From a virus: a stretch of 64,000 nucleotides of DNA. Position numbers and translations under genes: made by a program. Positions 45,922-55,461 of the stretch are shown in pieces; positions within the stretch are counted from its first letter, which is position 1, and each line of letters opens with the position of its first letter. Under the pieces are notes generated by a model. That model saw only the letters and a list, made by a program, of their open reading frames with translations. It searched no databases and had not been told where the DNA came from. Where the stretch lies: positions 32,001 through 96,000 of the IMG/VR virus record IMGVR_UViG_3300043446_004500. The stretch is one strand, 5' to 3'.

Positions 45922-47259
45922 ATGACTGCTACACTTTCACAACAACGACAATCAAATACTTGGGAACAATTTTGCGAATGGGTCACTTCCACTAATAATC
46001 GTCTATATATCGGAAATTTTGGAACCTTGATGATTCCAACGCTGCTTGCTGCAACAATGTGCTTCATCATTGCCTTCATTGCTGCACCTCCTGTAGACAT
46101 TGACGGTATTCGTGAACCAGTTGCTGGTTCACTTATGTATGGAAACAACATCATTTCAGGTGCTGTAGTTCCTTCAAGCAACGCCATTGGTCTTCACTTC
46201 TATCCAATCTGGGAAGCAAATTCACTTGATGAATGGCTTTATAATGGTGGTCCTTACCAACTGGTAGTGTTCCACTTCCTTATCGGTGTATTCTCTTATA
46301 TGGGTCGTGAGTGGGAACTTTCCTATCGTCTTGGTATGCGTCCTTGGATCTTCGTTGCTTACAGTGCTCCTGTTGCTGCTGCAACTGCCGTATTCCTGGT
46401 TTATCCTTTCGGTCAAGGTTCTTTCTCTGATGGTATGCCTCTGGGTATCTCTGGTACGTTCAACTACATGCTTGTGTTTCAGGCAGAACATAACATTCTG
46501 ATGCACCCTTTCCATATGCTTGGAGTTGCTGGTGTCTTCGGTGGATCATTGTTCAGTGCTATGCACGGTTCTCTGGTGACTTCTTCCCTTATTCGTGAAA
46601 CGACTGAAGATATCTCTCAGAACTATGGTTATAAGTTTGGTCAAGAAGAAGAAACCTATAACATTGTTGCTGCTCATGGATACTTTGGTCGTCTGATCTT
46701 CCAATATGCTTCCTTCAACAACTCTCGTTCACTTCACTTCTTCCTTGCTGCTTGGCCTGTAGTTGGTATCTGGTTTGCTGCTCTTGGTGTTTCCACGATG
46801 GCATTCAATTTGAATGGATTCAACTTTAATCAATCACTTCTGTCTTCTGATGGTCGTGTGATTAATACTTGGGCTGACATTCTGAATCGTGCCAATCTCG
46901 GATTCGAGGTGATGCACGAAAGGAACGCTAGATTTGTTGGTGTTCTTGCCTAGTAATAGGCATTAGTAAAATCGGGTTAAACGGGGAAACTCTCTATGAG
47001 ACAATCCCGTACCAAGTCAGAAAGGGTTTAAGTTTTCTGAAAGGTCTAACGACTAGGTAGTGAGTCCCAACAATAATCTACCCACGAATGCCCGACTCCT
47101 TAATAAACATAAGGATGAAGAGATAGTCTGAACTTACTGGTGACAGTAAGAAGTAAAGAATAAAGAGTCTTTACGATAACAAAATTGCACAACTTCCCAC
47201 TTGATCTTGCGGCAGCAGAAGTAACACCAGTTGCTCTTACTGCTCCTACTATTGGTTGA
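45922..47259 (+). CDS. psbA: Photosystem II D1, join(45922..46929,47188..47259), 359 aa
   Basis: D1 sequence up to HERNA; exon 2 encodes [23 protein letters not shown]. Confidence 0.97.
46930..47187 (+). mobile_element. Group I intron (258 nt, no ORF)
   Basis: Exon ends in U, intron ends in G; IGS GGTGTTCTT pairs with AGGAACGCT; core elements AAACGGGGAA, AATCCCGT, AACGACTA, AAGAGATAGTC. Confidence 0.93.
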
Positions 47260-47285
47260 TATAAAATTGAATATGTGATATAATT

Positions 47286-47316
47286 AAGAGACCTTCGGGT
47301 CTCTTTTTTATAAATA
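47286..47316 (+). terminator. psbA terminator abutting a late promoter
   Basis: AAGAGACC-TTCG-GGTCTCTT plus T run; TATAAATA at 47309. Confidence 0.85.
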
Positions 47317-47342
47317 GTTATGGAAAGTTATGAGCAACTTAT

Positions 47343-47940
47343 ATGGATTTACACAAATTAGTAATAAATGAATGTGAAAGACGAGGACTGGAATTAATAT
47401 ATCTCCCAGAAAAACTTGTGCGTCGTTCTACTGATGTGATTGTTAGTTGCCCCTGCACAGGAAAAAGAAATATGAGTATAAGAAACTTTATTGTGACTTA
47501 TGAGAAAGATGGTGAAGCATTTTGTTGTAAAAGAAAATCAAAAGTTGGAAAAAACAATCCAGCATTTGGAAAACCAACTTGGAATGCTGGAACTGTTGGT
47601 GTATCAAAAAGTTATGGATTTTTTGGGTTTAAGGAGGAATGGTCTGATAGAGAAGATTATTTGTATTTTATAGAAACTACATATGGAACCTATAAAATAG
47701 GTAGGTCTTTTCACGGAATAAAATATCGTTTTACTGAAACTACAAAAGAACTTGGTGAATGGAAAGCAACTCATAAAGAAGTATTTGATTGTGAAAGATA
47801 CATATTGAACACATATAAACAATATCAAAAAAAAGATTGATGGTATAATTGGAGGGTCTGAACATTTCACAAAAGATTTGCCTATAGATAAAGTTATAGA
47901 ATACGCTAATAGTAATTTGCACAAGAACAATGTCTCATAA
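47343..47940 (+). pseudogene. Putative homing endonuclease (GIY-YIG/T5orf172-like), frameshifted at an A8 run
   Basis: YLYFIE...YKIGRS...CERYI; the +1 frame continues IDGIIGGSEHFTKD to TAA at 47940. Confidence 0.6.
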
Positions 47941-48049
47941 ACCTCAACACGAACCTATGGAGCCCTGGGTAGTCTGGGCAGGTATAGGGATTATGTTGTT
48001 CACAGTTATTATATTTCTCGTATTTACTCTCAGTTTAATATATTTTTAA
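47930..48049 (+). CDS. 39-aa membrane microprotein
   Basis: MSHKPQHEPMEPWVVWAGIG followed by a TM helix. Confidence 0.5.
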   Translation: MSHKPQHEPMEPWVVWAGIGIMLFTVIIFLVFTLSLIYF

Positions 48050-48196
48050 ACATATGTTTTTCATTCTCGCAGTTCTTATTCTTTTTGGAATCTTTATGTT
48101 TGTAATGTCTATGATAGAGTAATATCTTCAATTCATAACATTTGGATGACATAGAAAAAGGACTCAGTATAATTACTTAGGAGTTCTTTTTCTTTT

Positions 48197-48862
48197 ATGA
48201 AGATCTTTTTAGACACAGCAGATGTTGATATGATTGGTCCAGCATATGATACTGGACTGTTGGATGGAGTCACTACGAACCCAACTCTCATCCTCAAAAG
48301 TGGAAGACAATTAAAGGAAGTTATTGAAAATATTTCACAAGCATTTTCAAAGTTGGAAAGCATTTCTGCAGAAGTAGTTGCAGATACATCAGAAGAAATG
48401 CTTTCTCAGGCAGAAAAGTATTACACAATTGCACCAGCAGTCACAATCAAAGTTCCTTGTACTGTAGAAGGACTGAAGGCTTGTAAGTTTCTTTCTGACA
48501 AAGGAATTAAAACGAATGTAACTCTTGTGTTCTCAGTTGCACAAGCAATCCTTGCATCAAAAGCAGGAGCAACTTACATCTCTCCTTTCGTAGGAAGATG
48601 GATGGACAACTCTATTGATGGTATTGAACTCATCAAGAATATTCGTAAGACATTTGATCTTTCTGGTACATCAACACAAATTCTTGCAGCATCTCTTCGT
48701 GATGTGAGGCAGGTAGAACAATCTGCTCTTTCTGGTGCAGATGTTGTTACAATTCCACCAGTTGTATTCTGGTCAATGTATAAGAATGTAATGACTGAAG
48801 TTGGACTTGATTTATTCCAAAAAGATTGGGAGGAAGTTCTTAAGAGTAAAGGTGAAGAATGA
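48197..48862 (+). CDS. talC: Transaldolase (TalC type)
   Basis: IFLDTA, GVTTNP, TIKVP, YISPFVGR. Confidence 0.96.
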   Translation: MKIFLDTADVDMIGPAYDTGLLDGVTTNPTLILKSGRQLKEVIENISQAFSKLESISAEVVADTSEEMLSQAEKYYTIAPAVTIKVPCTVEGLKACKFLSDKGIKTNVTLVFSVAQAILASKAGATYISPFVGRWMDNSIDGIELIKNIRKTFDLSGTSTQILAASLRDVRQVEQSALSGADVVTIPPVVFWSMYKNVMTEVGLDLFQKDWEEVLKSKGEE

Positions 48863-50184
48863 AAGGTATAGTTATATTCGGGGCAACTGGAGATCTCTGT
48901 AAAAAGAAATTAATTTCGGCACTTTATACTCTTCATAAGAAAAGTCTTTTGCCAAAAGGACTAAAGATCATCGGTGCCTCCAGAACCCAACACACAAAAG
49001 AAAGTTGGGTTGGAATTCTTGATAGTTATTCTCAAGAGTTTATTAAGAGACTTGAATATGTTTCTTGTGATTTAAGTGATGCTGAATCTCTTAAATCGTT
49101 GCCTGATTATGAGGATATGACATACTTCTTGTCAGTTCCTCCAGAACGATATGCCGATGCTGTTACAAACCTCAAAGAAGCAGGTAAGTTAGATGACGCA
49201 GAAAAATCAAGAGTTATTATTGAGAAACCTTTTGGCACCGATCTTCAATCTGCTAATTATTTACAATCTGTGGTGGCTGGATATCTACGGGAAAAACAAG
49301 TATATCGCATTGACCATTATCTCGGTAAAGATACTGTTAATAACATTCTTGCCACTCGTTTTAGCAATATACTTTTGGAACCACTATGGAATAGAAGTTT
49401 CATAGAAGAAATCCAGATTTTTGCTACGGAAACAATTGGTTGTGAAGGACGAGCACAGTATTATGATACTGCTGGTGCTGTGAGAGATATGCTCCAGAAC
49501 CATATGCTTCAGGTTCTGGCACTGATTGCTATGGAACCACCTTGTAGAAATGACGCAAGGGAAATCCGTAGAGAGAAGGTTAAGGTTCTTGCTGCAACCA
49601 GATTAGGTGATAATGTAGTTCTTGGACAATATGATGGTTACAAGAATGAAGACGGAGTAAAGTATGACTCGCAAACACCAACCTTTGTTGCTGGTGAGTT
49701 GTATATTGATAACTGGAGATGGAAAGGAGTTCCTTTTTACTTCATGACTGGTAAGAAAATGCCAGTTGGATGTGTGGAAGTTGTGATTAAATTTAAAGCA
49801 CCTCCACAGCAATTGTTTGAAGGGCATGAATGTAATGATAGAATAGTCATGAGATTACAACCAGATCCACATTTGGATATGCGTATTGATATTAAATCTC
49901 CAGGACTAAATGATAATGTAGAACCAGCACTTCTTCAGTATCATTATCCTGTGGAGAAAGCGATTGATGGTTATGTGAAACTTTTTTATGATGCTCTTAA
50001 CGAAGATCAATCACACTTTGTTCACGCAGATGAAGTGTTGGAGTCGTGGAGAATTGTTGATGATCTCTTATGTACTGGAGATTATTGCCCGATTAATACA
50101 AGACCTTATTCTTATAATGAAAGCACTTGGGGTCCAGAAGAAAAAACAATTACGAAGTGGGACTATCCACTCAAATTAAAGTAG
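48859..50184 (+). CDS. zwf: Glucose-6-phosphate dehydrogenase
   Basis: GATGDL, EKPFG, RIDHYLGK. Confidence 0.97.
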   Translation: MKGIVIFGATGDLCKKKLISALYTLHKKSLLPKGLKIIGASRTQHTKESWVGILDSYSQEFIKRLEYVSCDLSDAESLKSLPDYEDMTYFLSVPPERYADAVTNLKEAGKLDDAEKSRVIIEKPFGTDLQSANYLQSVVAGYLREKQVYRIDHYLGKDTVNNILATRFSNILLEPLWNRSFIEEIQIFATETIGCEGRAQYYDTAGAVRDMLQNHMLQVLALIAMEPPCRNDAREIRREKVKVLAATRLGDNVVLGQYDGYKNEDGVKYDSQTPTFVAGELYIDNWRWKGVPFYFMTGKKMPVGCVEVVIKFKAPPQQLFEGHECNDRIVMRLQPDPHLDMRIDIKSPGLNDNVEPALLQYHYPVEKAIDGYVKLFYDALNEDQSHFVHADEVLESWRIVDDLLCTGDYCPINTRPYSYNESTWGPEEKTITKWDYPLKLK

Positions 50185-50194
50185 GAGAAAGAAG

Positions 50195-51217
50195 ATGAGA
50201 GTAGGAATGATTGGACTGGGAAGAATGGGAGAAGGAATGTCCCGTCGTATGATGAAAGCGGGAATTGAAGTGTGGGGTTACAGGAGGAACTATGAGAAGG
50301 CAAAAGAAGCATATGAAAACGGATATGTTAATGGTGTTACAACTACTATACAAAGCCTTGTTCAAGTAGTTAAGCAAAAAGACCAACCAGGAATTTTCCA
50401 GATGGTAGTTCCAGCAGAAACTGTAGAGGAGACGATTAATGAGTTACTACGATTTTGTGGTGAAGGAGATATTATTATTGATCATGGCAATAGCAATTTT
50501 AAGGACAGTAGGAAGAGAGCAGAAAGGTTGGCAAAACTTGGCATCCAATATATTGATTGCGGCACTTCTGGGGGTGTTTATGGTTTGGATCGTGGATACT
50601 GTCTTATGGTTGGCGGTGGAGATACTGCAGTCGCCACTTGTAAAAGCATTTTTAATGCCCTTGCCCCAGGAGTCGATGCTGCCCCGAGGACTGAGTTTGA
50701 CTCACCTATAACATCTGCTGAGTATGGTTGGTTGCATTGTGGTGGTCCTGGTGCTGGACATTTTGTGAAGATGGTTCACAATGGCATTGAGTACGGTATT
50801 ATGCAAGCATATGCCGAAGGATTTAATATCATCAAGAACGCAAACGCAGGTGTCAAATATGTTAGAGAAGGAGACGCAGAGGTGGCCCCTATGGCAGACC
50901 CAGAATCCTACTGCTATGATATTGACGTTGCTGAGGTTGCTGAGTTATGGCGTCGTGGTAGTGTTGTTGGTTCTTGGTTACTTGACCTTACTGCTGATGT
51001 GTTGCGCCGCAGCCCACAGCTTTCTAACTTCTCTGGAGGGGTATCCGACAGTGGTGAAGGTAGGTGGACGGTTAATGCTGCTGTGGATCTGGGGGTTCCC
51101 GCTCCTGTCATCACAACTGCTCTTTATGAAAGATTTAATAGTCGCAATCTGGGTACTTTCGCAGCCAAGATTCTAAATGGTATGAGATATATGTTTGGAG
51201 GACACCACGTTAGATGA
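50195..51217 (+). CDS. gnd: 6-phosphogluconate dehydrogenase (short form)
   Basis: GLGRMG, HFVKMVHNGIEYG, FGGH. Confidence 0.97.
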   Translation: MRVGMIGLGRMGEGMSRRMMKAGIEVWGYRRNYEKAKEAYENGYVNGVTTTIQSLVQVVKQKDQPGIFQMVVPAETVEETINELLRFCGEGDIIIDHGNSNFKDSRKRAERLAKLGIQYIDCGTSGGVYGLDRGYCLMVGGGDTAVATCKSIFNALAPGVDAAPRTEFDSPITSAEYGWLHCGGPGAGHFVKMVHNGIEYGIMQAYAEGFNIIKNANAGVKYVREGDAEVAPMADPESYCYDIDVAEVAELWRRGSVVGSWLLDLTADVLRRSPQLSNFSGGVSDSGEGRWTVNAAVDLGVPAPVITTALYERFNSRNLGTFAAKILNGMRYMFGGHHVR

Positions 51218-51325
51218 TTAGTTCAACAACTCCTTATAAAGTTGCTGAGATTATTCGGGATACTTGGCCTGGACTTTACAGACCACCAAAGAAGACCTAT
51301 AATAAGTCCAATACTCCAAAAAAGA

Positions 51326-51601
51326 ATGAATGAATACTATTCAGTAATTAACCTCAATACTGGTGAAAAAGTCTGCGAATGTGCTACATTAGAAGATGCT
51401 CAAATGGTAGTTGGATTAAATCCAGCAAATAGAGCATACCGAAGGGATAGATTTCTTTTAGATCAAGTGATTGATGTAACATCAACAACCGATAAACAAC
51501 TCCCAGGTCAATTGGGATTACCTGAAGGTAAATATCCTCTACCTCCACTTCAACAAGAAATATGTCTTCCTGAAAGTGAAGCAAAACCAATTAATATATA
51601 A
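51326..51601 (+). CDS. Hypothetical protein
   Basis: ATG at 51326 (MNEYYSV). Confidence 0.55.
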   Translation: MNEYYSVINLNTGEKVCECATLEDAQMVVGLNPANRAYRRDRFLLDQVIDVTSTTDKQLPGQLGLPEGKYPLPPLQQEICLPESEAKPINI

Positions 51602-51621
51602 TATTAAGTTTTATAAAGCAT

Positions 51622-51861
51622 ATGAAATTTACAGTTTATTCTAAGAACGGTTGTCCTTATTGCGAAAAAATTAAACAAGTGTTAGAGTTGGCAAATCTTG
51701 AACATGTTGTTTATACTCTTGATGAAGATTTCACAAGGGATCAGTTTTATGCTGAATTTAGTGAAGGGTCAACCTTTCCTCAAGTTATTTTAAATGATCA
51801 AGAACATCTTGGTGGATGCACTGATACAGTCCTATATCTAAAGGAGAATAGTTTAGTTTAA
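51622..51861 (+). CDS. Glutaredoxin
   Basis: CPYC, TFPQV, GGCTD. Confidence 0.92.
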   Translation: MKFTVYSKNGCPYCEKIKQVLELANLEHVVYTLDEDFTRDQFYAEFSEGSTFPQVILNDQEHLGGCTDTVLYLKENSLV

Positions 51862-52220
51862 TGGAATCAACAGTTCACGAAATTTATTTTGATGTAGAAA
51901 AAGCAATTGACTATGCATTTAATGGGCAATTTGTGTTAAAGTTTTATGATTACCTAAAAGTTCGTGGAACAAAAAAAATGGAAGTTGAAGAATTTATTGA
52001 AAGTAAGACAGCATTCAATATTAGTGAACTTGTGATGGATCTTGATCAATATCTAGAAGGTGGTTCTGATATTAATCATAAACAACTTCGTGAGGCATAC
52101 GGGCATATTCCAAAACCTCAAGCAAGAAAAATAAAGAATTACCTTTATGGCATTCTTGAAGATGCATGGAGATATAGTAATGATAGAAGACCAGGAAGGA
52201 GAAAAAAGCAAACTAAATAA
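51861..52220 (+). CDS. Conserved cyanophage hypothetical protein
   Basis: LREAYGHIPKPQARKI. Confidence 0.75.
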   Translation: MESTVHEIYFDVEKAIDYAFNGQFVLKFYDYLKVRGTKKMEVEEFIESKTAFNISELVMDLDQYLEGGSDINHKQLREAYGHIPKPQARKIKNYLYGILEDAWRYSNDRRPGRRKKQTK

Positions 52221-52386
52221 CAATGAACTCCAAATTAATCGGGGTGTTGAATTACTACTACGCAATAGGAGAAGAAAGGAATCAAAACCAAAAACTTTTC
52301 AAGTGAAGTTTGGTAAGATGATTTCTCTCTTCCAAAGAGAGTTTCATTTTTTTATAGAATTTAACTTTGATGTAAAGAAGAAATAA
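52147..52386 (+). CDS. Hypothetical protein (start uncertain)
   Basis: INRGVELLLR motif. Confidence 0.45.
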   Translation: MAFLKMHGDIVMIEDQEGEKSKLNNNELQINRGVELLLRNRRRKESKPKTFQVKFGKMISLFQREFHFFIEFNFDVKKK

Positions 52387-52405
52387 ACTCTCTGGAGAAA
52401 AAAAA

Positions 52406-52630
52406 ATGGAAACAGCATACGTCATAACATTCACAGTAATGTTCACTTTGCTCTTTTTTATGGTTGGTAGTATAATTGGGTGGTTAGTGTATAGGCATCT
52501 TTTAGAGTCTAGACCTCCATATCTGCATCCAGAGTTTTTTGATGAAAATGGTCAGGTGATTCCTGATGAAATTGTATCTGTAAGATTTGAAAACGATTAT
52601 GACTACGACGACGAAGACGAAGAGGACTGA
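52406..52630 (+). CDS. Small membrane protein
   Basis: TM helix; HPEFFDENG; acidic tail. Confidence 0.75.
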   Translation: METAYVITFTVMFTLLFFMVGSIIGWLVYRHLLESRPPYLHPEFFDENGQVIPDEIVSVRFENDYDYDDEDEED

Positions 52631-53165
52631 AAAACCATTAGAAACTCTTCCAACAAATCCTTTTGTATTTGAAATTCTAGAACTTGCTTCTAAACAAAGA
52701 AGTAATGCAAAGAAAGTAGAAGTTCTAAAAACATATGAACACGATTCTCTTAAGACTGTTTTTATTTGGAATTTTGATGATTCTGTGATTTCTCTTCTTC
52801 CTGAAGGAGAAGTTCCTTATGGGAATGCTGATCAGCAATCCGTATATTCCGGAACTTTATCGGAGAATCTTAAAAAAGAAGCATACGGTGGAGAATCTGC
52901 CACAGGACAAGATCTAGATGGTCGTGGTAGAACTTCATTACGCAGAGAGTATCAAAATCTCTACCACTATGTAAAAGGTGGAAACAATACTCTTACTACA
53001 ATTCGTAGAGAGATGATGTTTATTAATCTCCTACAAGGACTTCATCCAAAAGAAGCAGAAGTAATAATTCTTACTAAGGATAAAAAACTTACTGATAAAT
53101 ACAAAATAAGTTTTGATAATGTAAAAGAGGCTTATCCTGATATTCAATGGGGTGGTCGTTCATGA
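52599..53165 (+). CDS. Conserved T4-like hypothetical protein
   Basis: WNFD...LPEGEVPY...RREMMFINLLQGLHPKEA. Confidence 0.8.
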   Translation: MTTTTKTKRTEKPLETLPTNPFVFEILELASKQRSNAKKVEVLKTYEHDSLKTVFIWNFDDSVISLLPEGEVPYGNADQQSVYSGTLSENLKKEAYGGESATGQDLDGRGRTSLRREYQNLYHYVKGGNNTLTTIRREMMFINLLQGLHPKEAEVIILTKDKKLTDKYKISFDNVKEAYPDIQWGGRS

Positions 53166-53497
53166 GTGTAGCAGTAAGCACGGAGAAAGATATGGCAGAT
53201 TATGGAAACGAAGAAAGAGAAGTTCTGCCCTCTAAATATGGTTGTGAAGTTCTTCTAGAAAAAACAACACTGGCAAAAGCAAAAGATTCTTCATTTCCAA
53301 ATGATGCTTATCTAATTTGGTATGAACTAAAAGGAAAAGAACATATGGACTTAGTTCGTGGAACAAGAGTTCGTATTTTTGATATGTACTATGACAAATA
53401 TGGTCCTGGTGCTATTAAAAAAATTGATTTTGGTTATGGTCGTGTGAGCCCCAAATTGTGGGGTTATAAACAACCTGAAAAGAAGAAAAGAAAATGA
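53162..53497 (+). CDS. Conserved hypothetical protein
   Basis: IFDMYYDKYG...GRVSPKLWG. Confidence 0.75.
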   Translation: MSVAVSTEKDMADYGNEEREVLPSKYGCEVLLEKTTLAKAKDSSFPNDAYLIWYELKGKEHMDLVRGTRVRIFDMYYDKYGPGAIKKIDFGYGRVSPKLWGYKQPEKKKRK

Positions 53498-53706
53498 GTG
53501 CTGGATTTGGGGGAGATCCTAATCAGGGAAGAACTGGTAAGGACTTAAGTATCAATATTGATCTAGATAATGTTGACTTTATTTTAAGGCAATATAAAAA
53601 GATTAAAAAATATCAAAAATCATCTCTGTATGCTATCAAAACAATGGACGGCACAGAAGAGATTGTGAGTTCATTGATTAAAGAGGCGGAGGATAATCCA
53701 CTATAA
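53494..53706 (+). CDS. Hypothetical protein
   Basis: Coupled ORF. Confidence 0.65.
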   Translation: MSAGFGGDPNQGRTGKDLSINIDLDNVDFILRQYKKIKKYQKSSLYAIKTMDGTEEIVSSLIKEAEDNPL

Positions 53707-54033
53707 ATGGGAAAGCATTATCTACTTAACTTGTATGGATGCTCGTTTGTTCTTTTGGACGACGAGCGTTGTCTTATAGACCTATTAGAAAACGCAGCAG
53801 CAGCAAGTGGTGCTACTGTGGTTCAGACAATTTCAAAAAAGTTTGAACCACAGGGAGTCACTGTAATTTGTTTGTTGTCGGAAAGTCATATTAGCATTCA
53901 TACATGGCCAGAAGAAGGTAAAGCAGCAGTAGATGTTTATACTTGTGGAGACTGCAACCCAAAGATTGGATGTGATATAATCATTCAACAATTATATGCA
54001 ACTAATCATACTCTGAGTTATATTGAAAGATAA
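53707..54033 (+). CDS. speD: S-adenosylmethionine decarboxylase proenzyme
   Basis: FEPQGVT, LSESHISIHTWPE, DVYTCG. Confidence 0.93.
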   Translation: MGKHYLLNLYGCSFVLLDDERCLIDLLENAAAASGATVVQTISKKFEPQGVTVICLLSESHISIHTWPEEGKAAVDVYTCGDCNPKIGCDIIIQQLYATNHTLSYIER

Positions 54034-54076
54034 ATTTTGTATTGAATTATACAAAATAAATCTTATACATATTTTA

Positions 54077-54123
54077 CGTTCATCACATTATGTGACGGAA
54101 GTACCATTTAGGGAAGGAACGCA
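54077..54123 (+). ncRNA. Glutamine riboswitch (glnA RNA motif)
   Basis: CGTTC-A-hairpin-CGGAAGTA-hairpin-GAAGGAACG three-way junction. Confidence 0.78.
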
Positions 54124-54151
54124 CCAATACCAAAAGTAAAGGAGCAAACCA

Positions 54152-54238
54152 ATGGCACTTATTCTGATTAAACAGAAACTTCTCAAAGAGCAACGTCTTC
54201 GTGAAGCACAACTTTATATGGCATCACGACTTGCCTGA
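54152..54238 (+). CDS. 28-aa peptide downstream of the riboswitch
   Basis: AAGGAG Shine-Dalgarno; MALILIKQKLLKEQRLREAQLYMASRLA; terminator follows. Confidence 0.65.
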   Translation: MALILIKQKLLKEQRLREAQLYMASRLA

Positions 54239-54242
54239 TATC

Positions 54243-54280
54243 AGAGGGGACTTGACTCCCCTCTTTTTTTTGTCTATAAT
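54243..54280 (+). promoter_or_regulatory. Terminator plus sigma70-type promoter
   Basis: AGAGGGGA/TCCCCTCT plus T run; TTGACT - 17 nt - TATAAT. Confidence 0.75.
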
Positions 54281-54303
54281 TGATTGCGTGAGAGTTCTAT
54301 CAA

Positions 54304-54468
54304 ATGAACAAAGAAAAATTAAAATTAATCGTAAGAAATCTTGAACTGCTTGTTCAATCACTAAAAGAAGAACTTGATTTGGAAGATAGACCACAATATA
54401 ATTACGAAGAAATTACATCTAATTTAACTGATTACGACGAAGTATTTTATGACGAAGACGATGAATGA
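54304..54468 (+). CDS. 54-aa conserved hypothetical protein
   Basis: KLKLIVRNLELLVQSLK...DYDEVF. Confidence 0.65.
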   Translation: MNKEKLKLIVRNLELLVQSLKEELDLEDRPQYNYEEITSNLTDYDEVFYDEDDE

Positions 54469-55183
54469 ATTCTTAACAGAGTTTGAGTTTATGAAACCCG
54501 AAGTAAAACTAGTATCAGTAACACCAGATGCAGAAAAGCATATGGCATATTGTGCTCGGGTTTCAAATCCATCAAATCAAACAAACCAAAAGTTTGCAGG
54601 ACTTCTCAAATACTGCATTGAACACCAACATTGGAGTATCTTTGAACAGGCAATCATGACAGTAGAAATCAATACTACAAGAGGTATTGCTGCTCAAATT
54701 CTACGTCATAGGTCATTTACTTTTCAGGAGTTTTCCCAAAGGTATGCTGATACCAATCTTCTAAATCAAACTATTCCTCTTCCTGAACTTCGTCGTCAAG
54801 ACACAAAGAACCGACAGAACTCAATTGATGATCTTCCAGACTATTTGAAACTTACTCTACTAGAAGACATTCGTGTTCTGTTTGAGCAGTCGCAGAGAGT
54901 CTACAACCGTCTTCTGGACAAAGGAGTAGCAAAGGAGTGTGCAAGGTTTGTACTACCCTTAGCAACCCCTACAAGACTCTACATGACAGGTTCTGTGAGG
55001 TCTTGGATTCATTACATCAATCTTCGTGCTGGACATGGAACACAGAAAGAACATATGGATATTGCTGAGGCAATTCGTTGTATTTTTACTTGTCAATTCC
55101 CAGCAGTTTCTTCTGCTCTTGATTGGACTCGTGATAACTGTGTCGATTGTGAAAGTATTCAACCATCAGTTCGTATAGACTAA
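54461..55183 (+). CDS. thyX: Flavin-dependent thymidylate synthase (start 54461 or 54491)
   Basis: HWSIFE, QILRHRSFTFQEFSQRY, TQKEH. Confidence 0.96.
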   Translation: MNEFLTEFEFMKPEVKLVSVTPDAEKHMAYCARVSNPSNQTNQKFAGLLKYCIEHQHWSIFEQAIMTVEINTTRGIAAQILRHRSFTFQEFSQRYADTNLLNQTIPLPELRRQDTKNRQNSIDDLPDYLKLTLLEDIRVLFEQSQRVYNRLLDKGVAKECARFVLPLATPTRLYMTGSVRSWIHYINLRAGHGTQKEHMDIAEAIRCIFTCQFPAVSSALDWTRDNCVDCESIQPSVRID

Positions 55184-55212
55184 ATATTGACATATAAAAT
55201 GGAGGAATAAAT

Positions 55213-55461
55213 TTGGCGACTTATCCTGTTGTTAATACAAAAACTGGTGAGCAAAAAGAAGTTGTCATCAGTGTTCATGAGTGGGATCAGTGGAAAAAAG
55301 ATAATCCAGACTGGACAAGAGATTGGAGTGATCCTTCAACTTGCCCTGCTTCTGGAGAAGTTGGTGAAGTTTATGATCGTCTTAAAAAATCTCATCCAGG
55401 TTGGAACCAAATCTTACATAAAGCAAGCAAGGTTCCGGGATCAAAAGTTAAACCAGTTTAA
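55213..55461 (+). CDS. Conserved hypothetical protein upstream of phoH
   Basis: TTG start with GGAGG; ATYPVVN...PGWNQIL...PGS. Confidence 0.75.
   Translation: MATYPVVNTKTGEQKEVVISVHEWDQWKKDNPDWTRDWSDPSTCPASGEVGEVYDRLKKSHPGWNQILHKASKVPGSKVKPV

Noticed and set aside
45922-46953. 343-aa psbA ORF taken as the complete or truncated gene
   Set aside because: It reads into a group I intron; the true C terminus is at 47188-47259
47260-48196. psbD or cp12 next to psbA and talC
   Set aside because: No matching sequence found here; they may lie outside the window
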